DNA of 63,785 nucleotides, filler included, from Octopus bimaculoides (Eukaryota), in the NCBI RefSeq assembly GCF_001194135.2. It is 6 parts of 6 records of this genome, joined end to end, with 100 filler letters (N's around TTAATTAATTAA, not from the genome) between each part and the next. Parts side by side here need not be neighbours in the genome. Positions count along the whole stretch, not along the records: positions 21,999 to 50,505 come from NC_068985.1; positions 50,606 to 53,558 come from NW_026324505.1; positions 53,659 to 55,637 come from NC_069007.1; positions 55,738 to 62,425 come from NC_069000.1; 2 more parts are not named here. The stretch is one strand, 5' to 3'. Made by a program: the position numbers and the translations under genes. The notes under the pieces were generated by a model. It saw only the letters and a list, made by a program, of their open reading frames with translations, did no database searches and had not been told where the DNA came from. Shown one piece after another: positions 49,473 to 62,425 of the stretch (position 1 is the first letter of the stretch; every line of letters begins with the position of its first letter).

Positions 49473-50455
49473 GCATGGCTGTGTGGTAAGTAGCTTGCTT
49501 ACTAACCACATGGTTCCTGTTTCAGTCCCACTGCGTGGCACCTTGGGCAGGTGTCTTCTACTATAGCACTGGGCCGACCAAAGCCTTGTAAGTGGATTTG
49601 GTAGACAGAACCTGAAAGAAGCCTGTCATATATATATATATATATACATATATGTATAATTTAGATTCAGATAAATTTGGTACTCAAGTTGAGGCACCAG
49701 AATTTAGTACGGTATTATCCATACAATTTCAAAATAAGGTGATTAAAATCAAAATAAGCAACAAGGATATCCAGAGGTAATGCAGTACGATCGTTTAGAG
49801 TAACTCCATTTAATTGAACAATGCAATCATTACATCAATTTAAATGCAGAGCAATCCTCAGCTGTATAAGAACATAGAATTAAATTAAATTAAAACAGAT
49901 GGACACATTAGTATAATATTATCTAAAACTTCTAAGAAGGTAAGGAGACAGACAAAGAACATACTGTCTTCACTTCAGCTTAGAAGCTGAAGTGAAGGCA
50001 GCATGTTCTTTGTCTATCTCCTTTTAGGTAAAATCATACTAATCTGTCCATCTGTTTTAATTTAATTTAATTCTATGTCTTTAGGCAGCTGAGGATTGCT
50101 CTGCATTTAAACTGATGTAATGATTGCATTGTTTAATTAAATGGAGTTGCTTGAAACGATCGTACTTCATTACTTCTGGATATCCTTGTTGCTTATTTTG
50201 ATATATATATATATATGTATGTATGTATGTGTGTATGTGTGCGTATGTTTATGTTTGTCTGTCTATGTTTGTCTCCCCACCATCACTTGACAACCGATGT
50301 TGGTGTGTTTGCATCCCCGTAACTTAGAGGTTCGGCAAAAGAGTTCGATAGGATAAGCACTAGGCTTACAAAGAATAAGCCCTGGGGTCTATTTGTTCGA
50401 CTAAATGTGGTGCTCCAGCATGGCCGCAGTCAACTGACTGAAACAATGAAAGAAT
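49473..50455 (+). mobile_element. SINE family B copy with an insertion in its internal (TA)n
   Basis: Head ggcatggctgtgtggtaag...gaaagaagcctgtc at 49473-49628; 3' half at 50230-50455. Confidence 0.88.
49748..50202. repeat. 455-bp palindrome with a 4-nt loop
   Basis: Arms pair from atcaaaataagcaacaagg to cttcacttcagct / agctgaagtgaag; loop TAGA at 49981-49984; one arm carries a short insertion. Confidence 0.95.
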
Positions 50456-50505
50456 ACTATTTAGCTCTTATTTTAATTTTTTTTTTTTTTTCTCACAGTT
50501 AAAAA

Positions 50506-50605
50506 NNNNNNNNNNNNNNNNNNNNNNNNNNNNNNNNNNNNNNNNNNNNTTAATTAATTAANNNNNNNNNNNNNNNNNNNNNNNNNNNNNNNNNNNNNNN
50601 NNNNN
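50506..50605. other. Assembly spacer N44-TTAATTAATTAA-N44
   Basis: Identical to 21899-21998. Confidence 0.97.
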
Positions 50606-50899
50606 ATTAACATCATCATCATACTCACCACTATCATTATCACCATCATTATCATCATCATCATCACACCTCATCTTCATTATCATCATCATCATCCTGA
50701 TCATGCCTTCTCATTATTATCATTTTATTCCTCCGCTTCTTTTTCTTCTTCATCCTCATCTTTCTCATCATCAATCATCAGGGTTATCATTAACATATTC
50801 CTCTTCTTCCTTTTCGCTCTAGTTGTATAATCTTCATATTTGATAATTTATCACACATCTGTTTGATACTATTTCTTATCAATTTTCTTTTTATTACAG

Positions 50900-50971
50900 A
50901 TATTTAGATAATAATAATATTAAAAATATTAAAGAAGAAAGCTTCGAAAACTTTCCCAGTTTAACTTATTT
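50900..50971 (+). CDS. 72-bp leucine-rich-repeat exon (phase 2/2)
   Basis: ttattacAG / GTAAGT; YLDNNNIKNIKEESFENFPSLTYL. Confidence 0.9.
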
Positions 50972-52163
50972 GTAAGTTGGATACGTCTTCATGATGCCAT
51001 TTCTTTCATGATATATTTTGAATATTTGATGTCGATCATTTTATGAAACAAAGTCTAACCCATCTCCAGTTGTCGACTGATTTATTACTTCCTATTTTGA
51101 GCTTTCAGCTACGAGATACGAAAACTTTATAAGACAACAGCATCCAGAAATTTGTTTTTAAATATAAAATTTGTGAACATGTATGGTTTCGAACAAACAA
51201 CAACTGAGTAGCCGTACAGAGTAAACAATCGTCGAATCAAACATTCAGTGCCGTTGAGCCACGACGAACTGAAATGGGTAACGCCTGGAAGAAAATTTGA
51301 AAGGATATAGAATAAGTAAAAGAGAAGAAATAGAAGAGAAAAGACGTCGAAAGGGGAGAGAAATGACGTGCAGCTAGCTGGAAGTCGCATCCAGAAACGA
51401 CAGAGGCAAGAAAAGGGCCTGTAGTCACGTGTGTGAAACAAGCAGAGTGGAAGTGGTACAAGAGAGAGGATGAGTGAAAGAAACAAAGTAAGTGGAGGAA
51501 GGGAGAAAGAACACAAATATTAGGAAGTGAAAAAGGCTGCAGTCACGTGTGAGCAACAGGAAGATTAGAAGAGGGACAAGAGAGAGAGAGGATTAGGGAA
51601 AGAAGCAAAGGGAGTGAGGAGAAGGGAAAATGAACGAAAGATAGTAGGGAGTGAAAGAAAGGGATAGGGAGAACAGGAAAATATTGAGGATTATAGATGG
51701 ATAGAGAGAAAGGAGAGAGAGTGTTGAGTCGCAGAAATTTTACTGTAGACAAGGCTACGCAATCACAAATAAATAAAAAAAAGCACGTTAAGAAAAGGAC
51801 ATAACCAACGAGTAAATGTTGCACATAATTTATATGTTATGTGAATGATAATATTTCGCAAACAAAAGTGTTTATTTCATATGTATAAATTTGTATTTGT
51901 GTGTGTAAAACTGATAAAGGAAATATAATTTAGGATAAAAATGTGCAGTTCGATTTTCATTATTATAGCGTCTTCAGAGCAAGACCTGTGAATGTTGTTC
52001 TAATTGTTGCATATATGAATGTTACCAAGTTCCTCTCCGCGTTACTTTCCTTAGTATGTGACACACAATGTGACGAACGTGACACAAAATGACTTTTCGT
52101 ATGCAAGACTCCTCAGTAACTTTGTTCCTTAGTATTTATTATCAATGACCTTTTATATTACAG

Positions 52164-52235
52164 AAGTCTCGATAATAACCATATCGATGATATTGAACGA
52201 GGAACCTTCGATAACGTTCCCAGTTTAGAAACCTT
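52164..52235 (+). CDS. 72-bp leucine-rich-repeat exon (phase 2/2)
   Basis: tattacAG / GTAAGT; SLDNNHIDDIERGTFDNVPSLETL. Confidence 0.9.
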
Positions 52236-52970
52236 GTAAGTTGGATAAGTCTTCTCGATGCTATTTCTTTGACGATATATTTCTAAATATTTGATGCCTC
52301 TGACCATTTTTATTCTCTCTCTCTCTTCATATTTATGTGGGATTGTACATATGTCTGGGGCTATATATATGTTGTATGTTATGCCATTATGAGGAAATGT
52401 ATGGTTCTGTCTCTTTGTGATACATTGTTTAACTTCTTGTCCCTGTCATTTTTTCTCTTTCCTATTCTCCCTTCTTTTCCGTCCTCTAATGATCCTAAGG
52501 TTTTTACTTCACATCTTCGACTTTTCTTAGCTCGCTTCTATGCCGGTTCTTACTCGTTCTCCTCCTCTTTTAGGTCTCCTCCTCTTTTAGGTCTCTTTTC
52601 CTTCATCCAATTCTTGTAGTTTCCCTTTTTGTATTGTAATTCTAGTAATGTGACATCTCCTGCGTCATGGGAATCATTATTGCTCATGATGATGATAATG
52701 AAGTTAATGTTGATCATCATCATCACCACCATCGCGCTTTGTGCTCCTTCTTGCCTTCCTCGTTTTTTTTATCGACTTCTTTTCCCACTTCTTTTCCCTC
52801 CTTATCATCATCTTTATCCTCAGCTCTCTTCATCGTTATCTTCATATTCTTCTTTCTTTCTGCTCTTCGTTTTATGTTCTTCCTGCCTGCAATTCCTCAA
52901 TCTTAATACTTAATAATCTATCGCAAATCTGCTCTATACTCTTTGTAATCATTTTTTTTTTATGTTACAG

Positions 52971-53042
52971 ATATTTACATGAAAATGATATTGGCAATGT
53001 TAAACAAGGAATCTTCAACAATCTTCCCCGTTTAAAATCTTT
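52971..53042 (+). CDS. 72-bp leucine-rich-repeat exon (phase 2/2)
   Basis: tgttacAG / GTATGT; YLHENDIGNVKQGIFNNLPRLKSL. Confidence 0.9.
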
Positions 53043-53558
53043 GTATGTTGGATAAGTCTTAGAAATGCTATTCCTTTAACGATATATTTCTAAATATGTA
53101 ATTCCTTCCGACCTTCTTTCTTCTTTCTCCTGTTGTCCCTTGCAAACTCATATTCTCTCTCCATAAGTATGTGACCGTGTGCGTATGTGTAGGCCCGTAT
53201 GTTGTGTATATGAGCATATGTATGGCTGTATCTTTTTGTGTGTGACTACATATATTGTTTGTGTTCTTGCTCTGGCCCTTCTTTCAATTCTTTTACTCCC
53301 TTCTTTACCATCTTCTACATTTCCTCTATCTTCATTTTCGACGTTTTCTTAGCGTTTTCTGTTTGCCTTTATTCTTGGTATATTTTCTCTTCTTTCTTTT
53401 GTGTCCATCTTCCTCCTCTACATTTTCTGTTTTCTAAATTTCACATCATGTTCACCATGGTCATCACCATCATTTCATTTCGAACATCGTCATCACCATC
53501 ATAATTACCGTAATCATTATAATCATGACCACCGAGTTCTCCATCGTATTCAATGATA

Positions 53559-53658
53559 NNNNNNNNNNNNNNNNNNNNNNNNNNNNNNNNNNNNNNNNNN
53601 NNTTAATTAATTAANNNNNNNNNNNNNNNNNNNNNNNNNNNNNNNNNNNNNNNNNNNN
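53559..53658. other. Assembly spacer N44-TTAATTAATTAA-N44
   Basis: Identical to the other spacers. Confidence 0.97.
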
Positions 53659-53725
<67 letters not shown>

Positions 53726-54378
53726 ACATACATACACATACACAATCGCATATATGTATGTGTTCGTATGTATCTATGTATGTATGTATGTATGTGTGTA
53801 TGTATATAATATATCTATCTATATATATATGTATTTGTATATATATGTGTGTGCGTGTTTGTGTGTGTGTGTCTGCGTGTATCAATGTGTGTCTGTACGC
53901 ATGCATATACTCATACATACACACACACACGCACGCATATATGTATGTATGTGTGTATGTATGCATACACGTGGCTCTGTATGCTTCTGTGTGTGCGTTC
54001 TCTTTCCATGACGTCATTTGTTGTTGTGACAAAAATGACAGAGAAATTTAATCAATCTCTTCTCTGGTCAAAGGGGATGAGAATACTCGCATCTATTTTA
54101 AAACGGGGGCCACATTTTTCATTAATGTTTTACGTAGTGTTTTTGGTACGGAAAGACTTTCAAACTTCGTATACTTATCTATTTTGTGTTATAGAACAGA
54201 AAAATATTTTTGTATTCGAATTTATTTCATGTAAAAAATTGTCTTATTTCGATAATTTCAACCAATCACTGACAAGTATTCAGTTGTTTACATTTACTCC
54301 TTTGGCTGATTAAGCGATGTAAAGCGTATTTAATCTCCATACCTTCGTTTTATTTGCTTTTTTCATTTTAAATTTACT

Positions 54379-54405
54379 TTAACCCTAACCCTAACCCTAA
54401 CCCTA
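54379..54405. repeat. (CCCTAA)n repeat running into an N gap
   Basis: Direct reading. Confidence 0.9.
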
Positions 54406-55071
54406 NNNNNNNNNNNNNNNNNNNNNNNNNNNNNNNNNNNNNNNNNNNNNNNNNNNNNNNNNNNNNNNNNNNNNNNNNNNNNNNNNNNNNNNNNNNNNNN
54501 NNNNNNNNNNNNNNNNNNNNNNNNNNNNNNNNNNNNNNNNNNNNNNNNNNNNNNNNNNNNNNNNNNNNNNNNNNNNNNNNNNNNNNNNNNNNNNNNNNNN
54601 NNNNNNNNNNNNNNNNNNNNNNNNNNNNNNNNNNNNNNNNNNNNNNNNNNNNNNNNNNNNNNNNNNNNNNNNNNNNNNNNNNNNNNNNNNNNNNNNNNNN
54701 NNNNNNNNNNNNNNNNNNNNNNNNNNNNNNNNNNNNNNNNNNNNNNNNNNNNNNNNNNNNNNNNNNNNNNNNNNNNNNNNNNNNNNNNNNNNNNNNNNNN
54801 NNNNNNNNNNNNNNNNNNNNNNNNNNNNNNNNNNNNNNNNNNNNNNNNNNNNNNNNNNNNNNNNNNNNNNNNNNNNNNNNNNNNNNNNNNNNNNNNNNNN
54901 NNNNNNNNNNNNNNNNNNNNNNNNNNNNNNNNNNNNNNNNNNNNNNNNNNNNNNNNNNNNNNNNNNNNNNNNNNNNNNNNNNNNNNNNNNNNNNNNNNNN
55001 NNNNNNNNNNNNNNNNNNNNNNNNNNNNNNNNNNNNNNNNNNNNNNNNNNNNNNNNNNNNNNNNNNNNNNN

Positions 55072-55132
<61 letters not shown>

Positions 55133-55587
55133 TGTATTTGTTATGGATCTTCTAGAAGTGGGAAGCTGTATACCTTAATTTGCCATTTATAAATAAGACC
55201 AAGAAGAAATCTTGAGAAATTGAGTTTATTTTAATGAGGTGCCTCTTGGAATCATCCGAGGAGATACATCTACACCGACGAATACACCTAAACCAGACGT
55301 CCAGTATCCCAGCCTGAGGGATCGATGTTTGTTCGTATGAAACAATTTCAGTGACCAATAAACATTCTCGGATCTCCCATCTTCCGTGTCTTTCATTAAT
55401 CAGAATCTCGCCACCATCGCAGGTGCTACGTTCCCAAAACGGTAAAAATCCGCGAAGTAGCGAAGTAGAAACAATACTGTACTGTATATTCTTTTAATTA
55501 TTTTTATAATTTGTATATATTTAGTTTATTATAAATGCAAAACAACACCGCGGAGGAATCGACGTAAGCTTAAATAATAAACCGCGA

Positions 55588-55637
<50 letters not shown>

Positions 55638-55737
55638 NNNNNNNNNNNNNNNNNNNNNNNNNNNNNNNNNNNNNNNNNNNNTTAATTAATTAANNNNNNN
55701 NNNNNNNNNNNNNNNNNNNNNNNNNNNNNNNNNNNNN
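55638..55737. other. Assembly spacer N44-TTAATTAATTAA-N44
   Basis: Identical to the other spacers. Confidence 0.97.
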
Positions 55738-55979
55738 ATATACAGATGCACACACATGCTTAGACATACACATAGACACGAACGTTTACATACCCATACA
55801 TGACAGAGTATTGTATACATATATCTATATATACATGTAATATACAGACAAATACCTTGTAATTGATTTGGTGAAGATTTCAAATTGATATCGAAGTGAA
55901 TTCTGTGTTTTCTCTGCAAAGAATTGGTCAGCTGAGAGAGGGAGAGAGAGAGGGGGGCGGATAGACTGAGAAATAAGGA

Positions 55980-56016
<37 letters not shown>

Positions 56017-56471
56017 AGAAGCATATACTGAGAGAGAGAGAGAAAGAGTAGGGAACGAGAGACAGAGGAGCAGTGAAACAGTGAGAGGAGGAGCGAGAGA
56101 GAGAATGAGGGAGAGGAAGGAAGAGAGGAATTTGGTAGTTTCGCGTCGTTACACGCTTTAGATTCTCAGAAAGGGTGTATTGTGTGTGTATGCGTGTGAT
56201 CTTGCAGTTTTGTGTATGTGCGTATGCGAAGATGAGTGTGTATGTATGTGTGTCTGTGCGTTTGAGCAACGGTGTGTGTGTGTGTGGTTAGTTATTAGAG
56301 CAGTGATTAAAAGCAGAGTTAAAGTGAAGATGTATAGCACGAACGCACACACGCACACACCCACACACGTTTACCTATATATTTATGTATACATATGTAA
56401 TTATGAATATTCATATACATGCCTACATTCATGCGTACACCAAGACACACACACACACACACATCTGTTTG

Positions 56472-56525
<54 letters not shown>

Positions 56526-57348
56526 TATATAAACACATACATATGCACACATATATACACACACATATACACCCACATACTCACACATACATATACACAC
56601 GCGCATACATATATATATATATATATATATACACTCACATACATAGAAAGGCGCGCACACCCAACGTGTGCTTATATTTCAATCTCTGAACCGTTACCTT
56701 TTGCCTTTTAGTGTGTNNNNNNNNNNNNNNNNNNNNNNNNNNNNNNNNNNNNNNNNNNNNNNNNNNNNNNNNNNNNNNNNNNNNNNNNNNNNNNNNNNNN
56801 NNNNNNNNNNNNNNNNNNNNNNNNNNNNNNNNNNNNNNNNNNNNNNNNNNNNNNNNNNNNNNNNNNNNNNNNNNNNNNNNNNNNNNNNNNNNNNNNNNNN
56901 NNNNNNNNNNNNNNNNNNNNNNNNNNNNNNNNNNNNNNNNNNNNNNNNNNNNNNNNNNNNNNNNNNNNNNNNNNNNNNNNNNNNNNNNNNNNNNNNNNNN
57001 NNNNNNNNNNNNNNNNNNNNNNNNNNNNNNNNNNNNNNNNNNNNNNNNNNNNNNNNNNNNNNNNNNNNNNNNNNNNNNNNNNNNNNNNNNNNNNNNNNNN
57101 NNNNNNNNNNNNNNNNNNNNNNNNNNNNNNNNNNNNNNNNNNNNNNNNNNNNNNNNNNNNNNNNNNNNNNNNNNNNNNNNNNNNNNNNNNNNNNNNNNNN
57201 NNNNNNNNNNNNNNNNNNNNNNNNNNNNNNNNNNNNNNNNNNNNNNNNNNNNNNNNNNNNNNNNNNNNNNNNNNNNNNNNNNNNNNNNNNNNNNNNNNNN
57301 NNNNNNNNNNNNNNNNNNNNNNNNNNNNNNNNNNNNNNNNNNNNNNNN

Positions 57349-57490
57349 TGGTGGTGGCAATGGTGGTTGTGGTGGTGGTAGTGGTGGTGGTGGTGGTGGT
57401 TGTGGTAGCGGTGTTGGTGGTGGCAATGGTGGTTGTGGTGGTGGTAGTGGTGGTGGTGGTGGTGGTTGTGATGGTGGTGGCGGCGGCGAC
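57349..57490. repeat. (GGT)n degenerate microsatellite
   Basis: Direct reading. Confidence 0.95.
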
Positions 57491-58174
57491 AGTCGTCACA
57501 GCAGTAGTGTGTGAGATTACAGCAGAAAAAAATCGGACGTGCAATACTAAAATGTCACAGCAACAACAACAACAACAACAACATCAACGACGACTGCGCC
57601 TTCCTCCATCATTTCTCGGTGCCGGATTAAGCAGAAGTCAATGTAATTCCACCCCTGGTTGGTCACATGACGACTTGTGAAATGTCAGAAACCGAAGGAA
57701 TCACAGAAAACTTGCAGAAAGTAAACAGAGCTTTCTATTCGAACAGAAGATAATCGTTGGTTCCTGTATTCATAGGTTGGTCAGCTAGACCTACGGTCAC
57801 GCTTTAGTGGTCAGAAACATTTCTCATGATGACCCGTGGCCACGTTAAGGAGGTCTGAGAGGACCCAACAAACGTATGCCCATGTCTAGGCCATATTGCA
57901 TTTTTTTGCCCTGGGGTGGGGCTATAGTGCTATGAAGAAGCTCTGCTAGCATTCTGAGTGTCCATTTATCTCCAGCTACCACACAATGCGAACTATGGGG
58001 GTGCATGATGTCCAGCTACGTCCAGCTACACTGTGTATTAGGGTGACCCCACTAGCAATTCAATGGCCCACAAATACATTAAATTAGAACAAACGTTTAG
58101 AAAAAGACCCGGGTACTCACACAACATCTATCTATCTGTCTATCCATCTATCTATCTATCTGTCTATCTATCTA

Positions 58175-58213
<39 letters not shown>

Positions 58214-58214
58214 G

Positions 58215-58399
58215 CCTTTTACTTGTTTCAGTCGTAAGACTGCGGCCATGCTGGGGCACAGCCTTGAAGAATTATTCCTCGGTTGTATCGACCCAGTACT
58301 TATTTTCTTAAAGGCTGGTACTTATTCCATCGGTCATTTGTGCCGAACCGTTAAGTTACGGGCACGTAAACACACCAGCACCGGTTGTCAAACGGTGGT

Positions 58400-58405
<6 letters not shown>
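58215..58405 (-). mobile_element. SINE family B, 3' half
   Basis: actgcggccatgctgggg...gccgaaccgttaagttacggg...ggttgtcaaacg. Confidence 0.8.
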
Positions 58406-58435
<30 letters not shown>

Positions 58436-58459
58436 CACATACACAAGGATCAATGATGA

Positions 58460-58650
58460 TATGCCAATCAGTTCGCCTCTGGACTGAACAGTGTGACATG
58501 CTCTTGAGCCAGTCACTTCAGTCTACTTACATATAAATGAGTACCGTCCAAATGTTGGTGCCGTCCTCTTTGTCTACTCCCAGCTGTCTCCTCTTCGATG
58601 TTTCCCTGAGTGATCTGAGGTGGCAACTCGCCGCTCCATAAGCACTGAAA
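58460..58650 (-). mobile_element. RTE-like LINE extreme 3' remnant
   Basis: Degenerate ITQGNIE...RQRGR..., resembling the RTE C-terminal QG.IEG.R.RGRP motif. Confidence 0.4.
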
Positions 58651-58681
58651 GCAGTTAATGATACTAAGATCTAAATAACCA

Positions 58682-58890
58682 TTGTTTTCTACTCTCGGCA
58701 CAAGGCCCAAAATGTTGGGGGAGTGGGCTAGTCGATTAGATCGACCCCAGTACGTAACTGGTACTTAATTTATCGACCCTGAAAGGATGAAAGGCAAAGC
58801 CGACCACGGCGGAATTTGAACTCGAAACGTAGTCAGATGAAAATACCGTTGAGCATTTCGCTCGGCGTGCTAACGTCTCTGCCAGCTCCG
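58682..58890 (-). mobile_element. SINE family A copy
   Basis: Reverse complement of 4760-4970. Confidence 0.88.
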
Positions 58891-59535
58891 CTGTCTTTCA
58901 CAAGTAATCAGTGTCTGTAATATAGAAAACAGCACAAATTCTAAGGGAAATAACTTAGGCAAATAATTCAAAAGCTATTTCCTTTATCAATTCTTTACTT
59001 TCACTTTTGTTTGTCTCTGTATCTCTCCATTCTTCGCTCTCCTACTCTTTCCTTCTTTCTCGCTCGCTTGCTCCCACCGTCTATTTGCATCTGTGTGCGT
59101 GTATCTATATCTGTATGTATCCACCAATCTATGCGTCACTCTAGATTGATATCTGTTAATCAACCTATATATATATATACATATATATATATNNNNNNNN
59201 NNNNNNNNNNNNNNNNNNNNNNNNNNNNNNNNNNNNNNNNNNNNNNNNNNNNNNNNNNNNNNNNNNNNNNNNNNNNNNNNNNNNNNNNNNNNNNNNNNNN
59301 NNNNNNNNNNNNNNNNNNNNNNNNNNNNNNNNNNNNNNNNNNNNNNNNNNNNNNNNNNNNNNNNNNNNNNNNNNNNNNNNNNNNNNNNNNNNNNNNNNNN
59401 NNNNNNNNNNNNNNNTTATTATATTTTAACAACCTTTATCTTTTGCTAGAAAGCTGACACATCTATTTCTTTATTGTAACTCATTTTGCGCTTTATAAAG
59501 TATTTATAAATTGTTTTTGCTATTTTTGTTTAGAG

Positions 59536-60200
59536 ATGGATAAGTCGGAAATTCGTACAGTTTTGAAATATGAGTTCTTTCTTGGAAATACAGCATCACA
59601 GACAGCTCGGAATATTAATGGAGTATTTCATTCTAATGTTATTAAACAGCAGACAGTATCAAATTGGTTTGCAAAATTCCGTTCTGGTAACTTTGACCTT
59701 ACAAATGAGCAACGTGGCCGACCAGAAGCATTACGCTACTTTCTCGTCACAAAAATTAATCATTTTTTAATCGAATTGTAACATGTGATGAGACATGAAT
59801 CCAATACAACAACCGTAAACGTTCACCACAATGGTTGAACAAAGACGAGCTCCAAAAAGCAAACTTCATCAAAAGAAGCTGATGGTGTGTGTTTGGTGGT
59901 CTGGCGCATGTTTGGTCCATTATGACTTCATTAAAACTGGCTCATCAATCACCGCCGAAGTATACGGCAGCCAACTGGACCAAATGATGCAGAAACTTAC
60001 AAAAAAACAGCCTAGATTAGTCAACAGACCCTGTCTTATTTAATTGCAAGACAACGCCAGACCACACATCGCAAAAATGACATTGGCGAAACTCCAGGAG
60101 TTGAAGTTGGAAGTTCTCCATCATCCTCCATACTCACCTGATCTTCCCCCCCCCCACTTACCCCCACTTCTTCCAGAATTTGGATAACTTTTTGATAGGA
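59536..60200 (+). mobile_element. Mariner (DD34D) transposase pseudogene, internally deleted and frameshifted
   Basis: HTH part IRTVLKYEF.LG.TASQTARNIN...TVSNWFAKFRSGNFDL; RIVTCDE; LHQKKLMVCVWW; LQDNARPH; HPPYSPDL. Confidence 0.95.
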
Positions 60201-60226
60201 TAAAANNNNNNNNNNATGTATGTATG

Positions 60227-60281
<55 letters not shown>

Positions 60282-60458
60282 GTCTGTCTGTCTCACTGTC
60301 TGTCTATCTGTCTGTCTGTATGTATGTATGTCTGTATGTATGTCTGTCTCTCTGTCTGCCTGTCTGTCTATCTATCTATTTACCTGTCTATCTATCTGTA
60401 TGTAGTGGGGGGGTGTACACACACACACACACATGAGTTCAGATATGACAAAATGTCA

Positions 60459-60492
<34 letters not shown>

Positions 60493-60666
60493 GGAGAGAG
60501 AGAGAGATCGAAAAAGAGAGACTTAAAGAAAGAGGCGGAGGGAGCACGTGAGAAAGTGAAAGAGAGGGAGAGAGAGAGTTCTACACGGAAACAGAATAAG
60601 CAGCATCAGAATATCATTGTGACGTCACTATCAGCTACTGTTTTCAATGTTTTAAGCATTTACAGG

Positions 60667-60719
<53 letters not shown>

Positions 60720-60952
60720 NNNNNNNNNNNNNNNNNNNNNNNNNNNNNNNNNNNNNNNNNNNNNNNNNNNNNNNNNNNNNNNNNNNNNNNNNNNNNNNNN
60801 NNNNNNNNNNNNNNNNNNNNNNNNNNNNNNNNNNNNNNNNNNNNNNNNNNNNNNNNNNNNNNNNNNNNNNNNNNNNNNNNNNNNNNNNNNNNNNNNNNNN
60901 NNNNNNNNNNNNNNNNNNNNNNNNNNNNNNNNNNNNNNNNNNNNNNNNNNNN

Positions 60953-61004
<52 letters not shown>

Positions 61005-61039
61005 AATGTTGTTTAACAATAATAATAATAATTTCGTAG

Positions 61040-61255
61040 ATATTTGGGGAAATGTGTGGCAGAATAGGAGAATAAAGGGATAAGTCCTCGGGTGGGTTAA
61101 GTCGGCCCGAGGACTTAAATGGTACTTCACTTCATCGACTCCGAAAGAATTAAAAGTGAAATATGACTTCGGCTGGATTTGAACACAGCACGCGATGACC
61201 TGGGAGAAAATTATTAAGGTATTTCACCAACACTTTAACCATTCGGTCCATCCAC
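61040..61255 (-). mobile_element. SINE family A-related copy, degenerate, before (ATG)n(ATA)n
   Basis: ggtacttcacttcatcgactccgaaag...ggatttgaacacag. Confidence 0.6.
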
Positions 61256-61266
61256 CGTTCTTTTTT

Positions 61267-61346
<80 letters not shown>

Positions 61347-61347
61347 A

Positions 61348-61392
<45 letters not shown>

Positions 61393-61479
61393 GTAATAAT
61401 TTATTCTTTCATTGGCCATTAGGGGCTCACATAAAATAACACAAAAGGACATATCGGGATGAAAATTAAACAATTAAAA

Positions 61480-62300
61480 CTCGCAAAGAAGGGAATCGAT
61501 TTAAAGGTTGCTCTTGGAAAAAAAAACCTAGAAAACCACGGGTGGCAAAAGTCCTCTCCTTTTTGTCTTTTTCACAGGCGCGTGCTCAAGATCGGTCCTT
61601 TCACACTAACCCTTCACCCACCTTTCAACAAACTTGCTAGAAGACAACCCTTCCCTCTCCATCCTCACTTTCCTTTTCAAGTGAAGCTTGAAAAAGTTGA
61701 GGAGGGCTTGGCCAAAGAGGAAAGTGTCTGTCTTCAGCCCTTTCAAGCGTTTCCACCAGACAACCTCTTTCGCTACAGCCACCAGACAAATGAAAATTGC
61801 CAGTCCCGCCCGGCCGAAGGAGGGCGGCAGGGCAATCCTCACGAGGAATTCAGTCGATAACCGGATCCGTTCAACACGTGACAGCAGGTGTTCCACATAA
61901 ACTCTTAGGGCAGCAACGGACGAGTGCGTGCAGAACGGTTTCGTCGCTCTGTACGCACCTCGGGCAGGCTCGTCTCACAACAGTTCCGTGCCTGTAAAGT
62001 TTATTTCGAACAGGCAGTACCCCACCCGACTCCCGGTAGCACTGCCAGGCCAGGAATTTCTGGAAATTATCCGCAGGCCCCGGCCTGAAGGTCCTCCGGA
62101 ACAGACTAGTAAGTTGATCATCGTCGACGCCCAGAGTTTTCTCGAGAACGTCGTCGCACTTTCCCTCCACTAGCCCTCTATAAAACGCTTGAGTGGAACT
62201 ACCACCGATCGCATTGCCCGACCAGCAGAGGACTGTGAGCACTTGACACTCGAGGTGCCAAGCACCACGACAAGCACCACGCCTTGGTCTGTGCTTATTC
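61480..62300 (-). mobile_element. Tx1/L1-clade LINE 3' end (zf-RVT-type C-terminus)
   Basis: LAWQCYR...LPVRNKLYRHG...CPRCVQSDETVLHALVRC, then FFKLHLKRKVRMERE...FVERW. Confidence 0.8.
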
Positions 62301-62425
62301 CAGGATCGTGGTGGTGGTGGTGGTTGCAGTGATGCTGCTGTTGCTGCCGCTACGAAACGGCATGTAGGTGCCCCACCTTCCTCTTCGTTGCCCTTTCCAT
62401 TCCCCCTCTCCACCTCCACCTTAAT

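Noticed and set aside
18444-53042. Joining the eag exon, receptor-tail exons and LRR exons into one gene or cluster
   Set aside because: They are separated by synthetic spacers, and the LRR exons lie downstream of the tail's stop codon.
57351-57680. Val/Gln-rich ORF
   Set aside because: Driven by (GGT)n and (CAA)n; the unique part has no recognisable domain.
7300-61473. Many ORF-track entries rich in HT, CV, YI, SL or X runs
   Set aside because: They are translations of di-, tri- and tetranucleotide microsatellites or N gaps.
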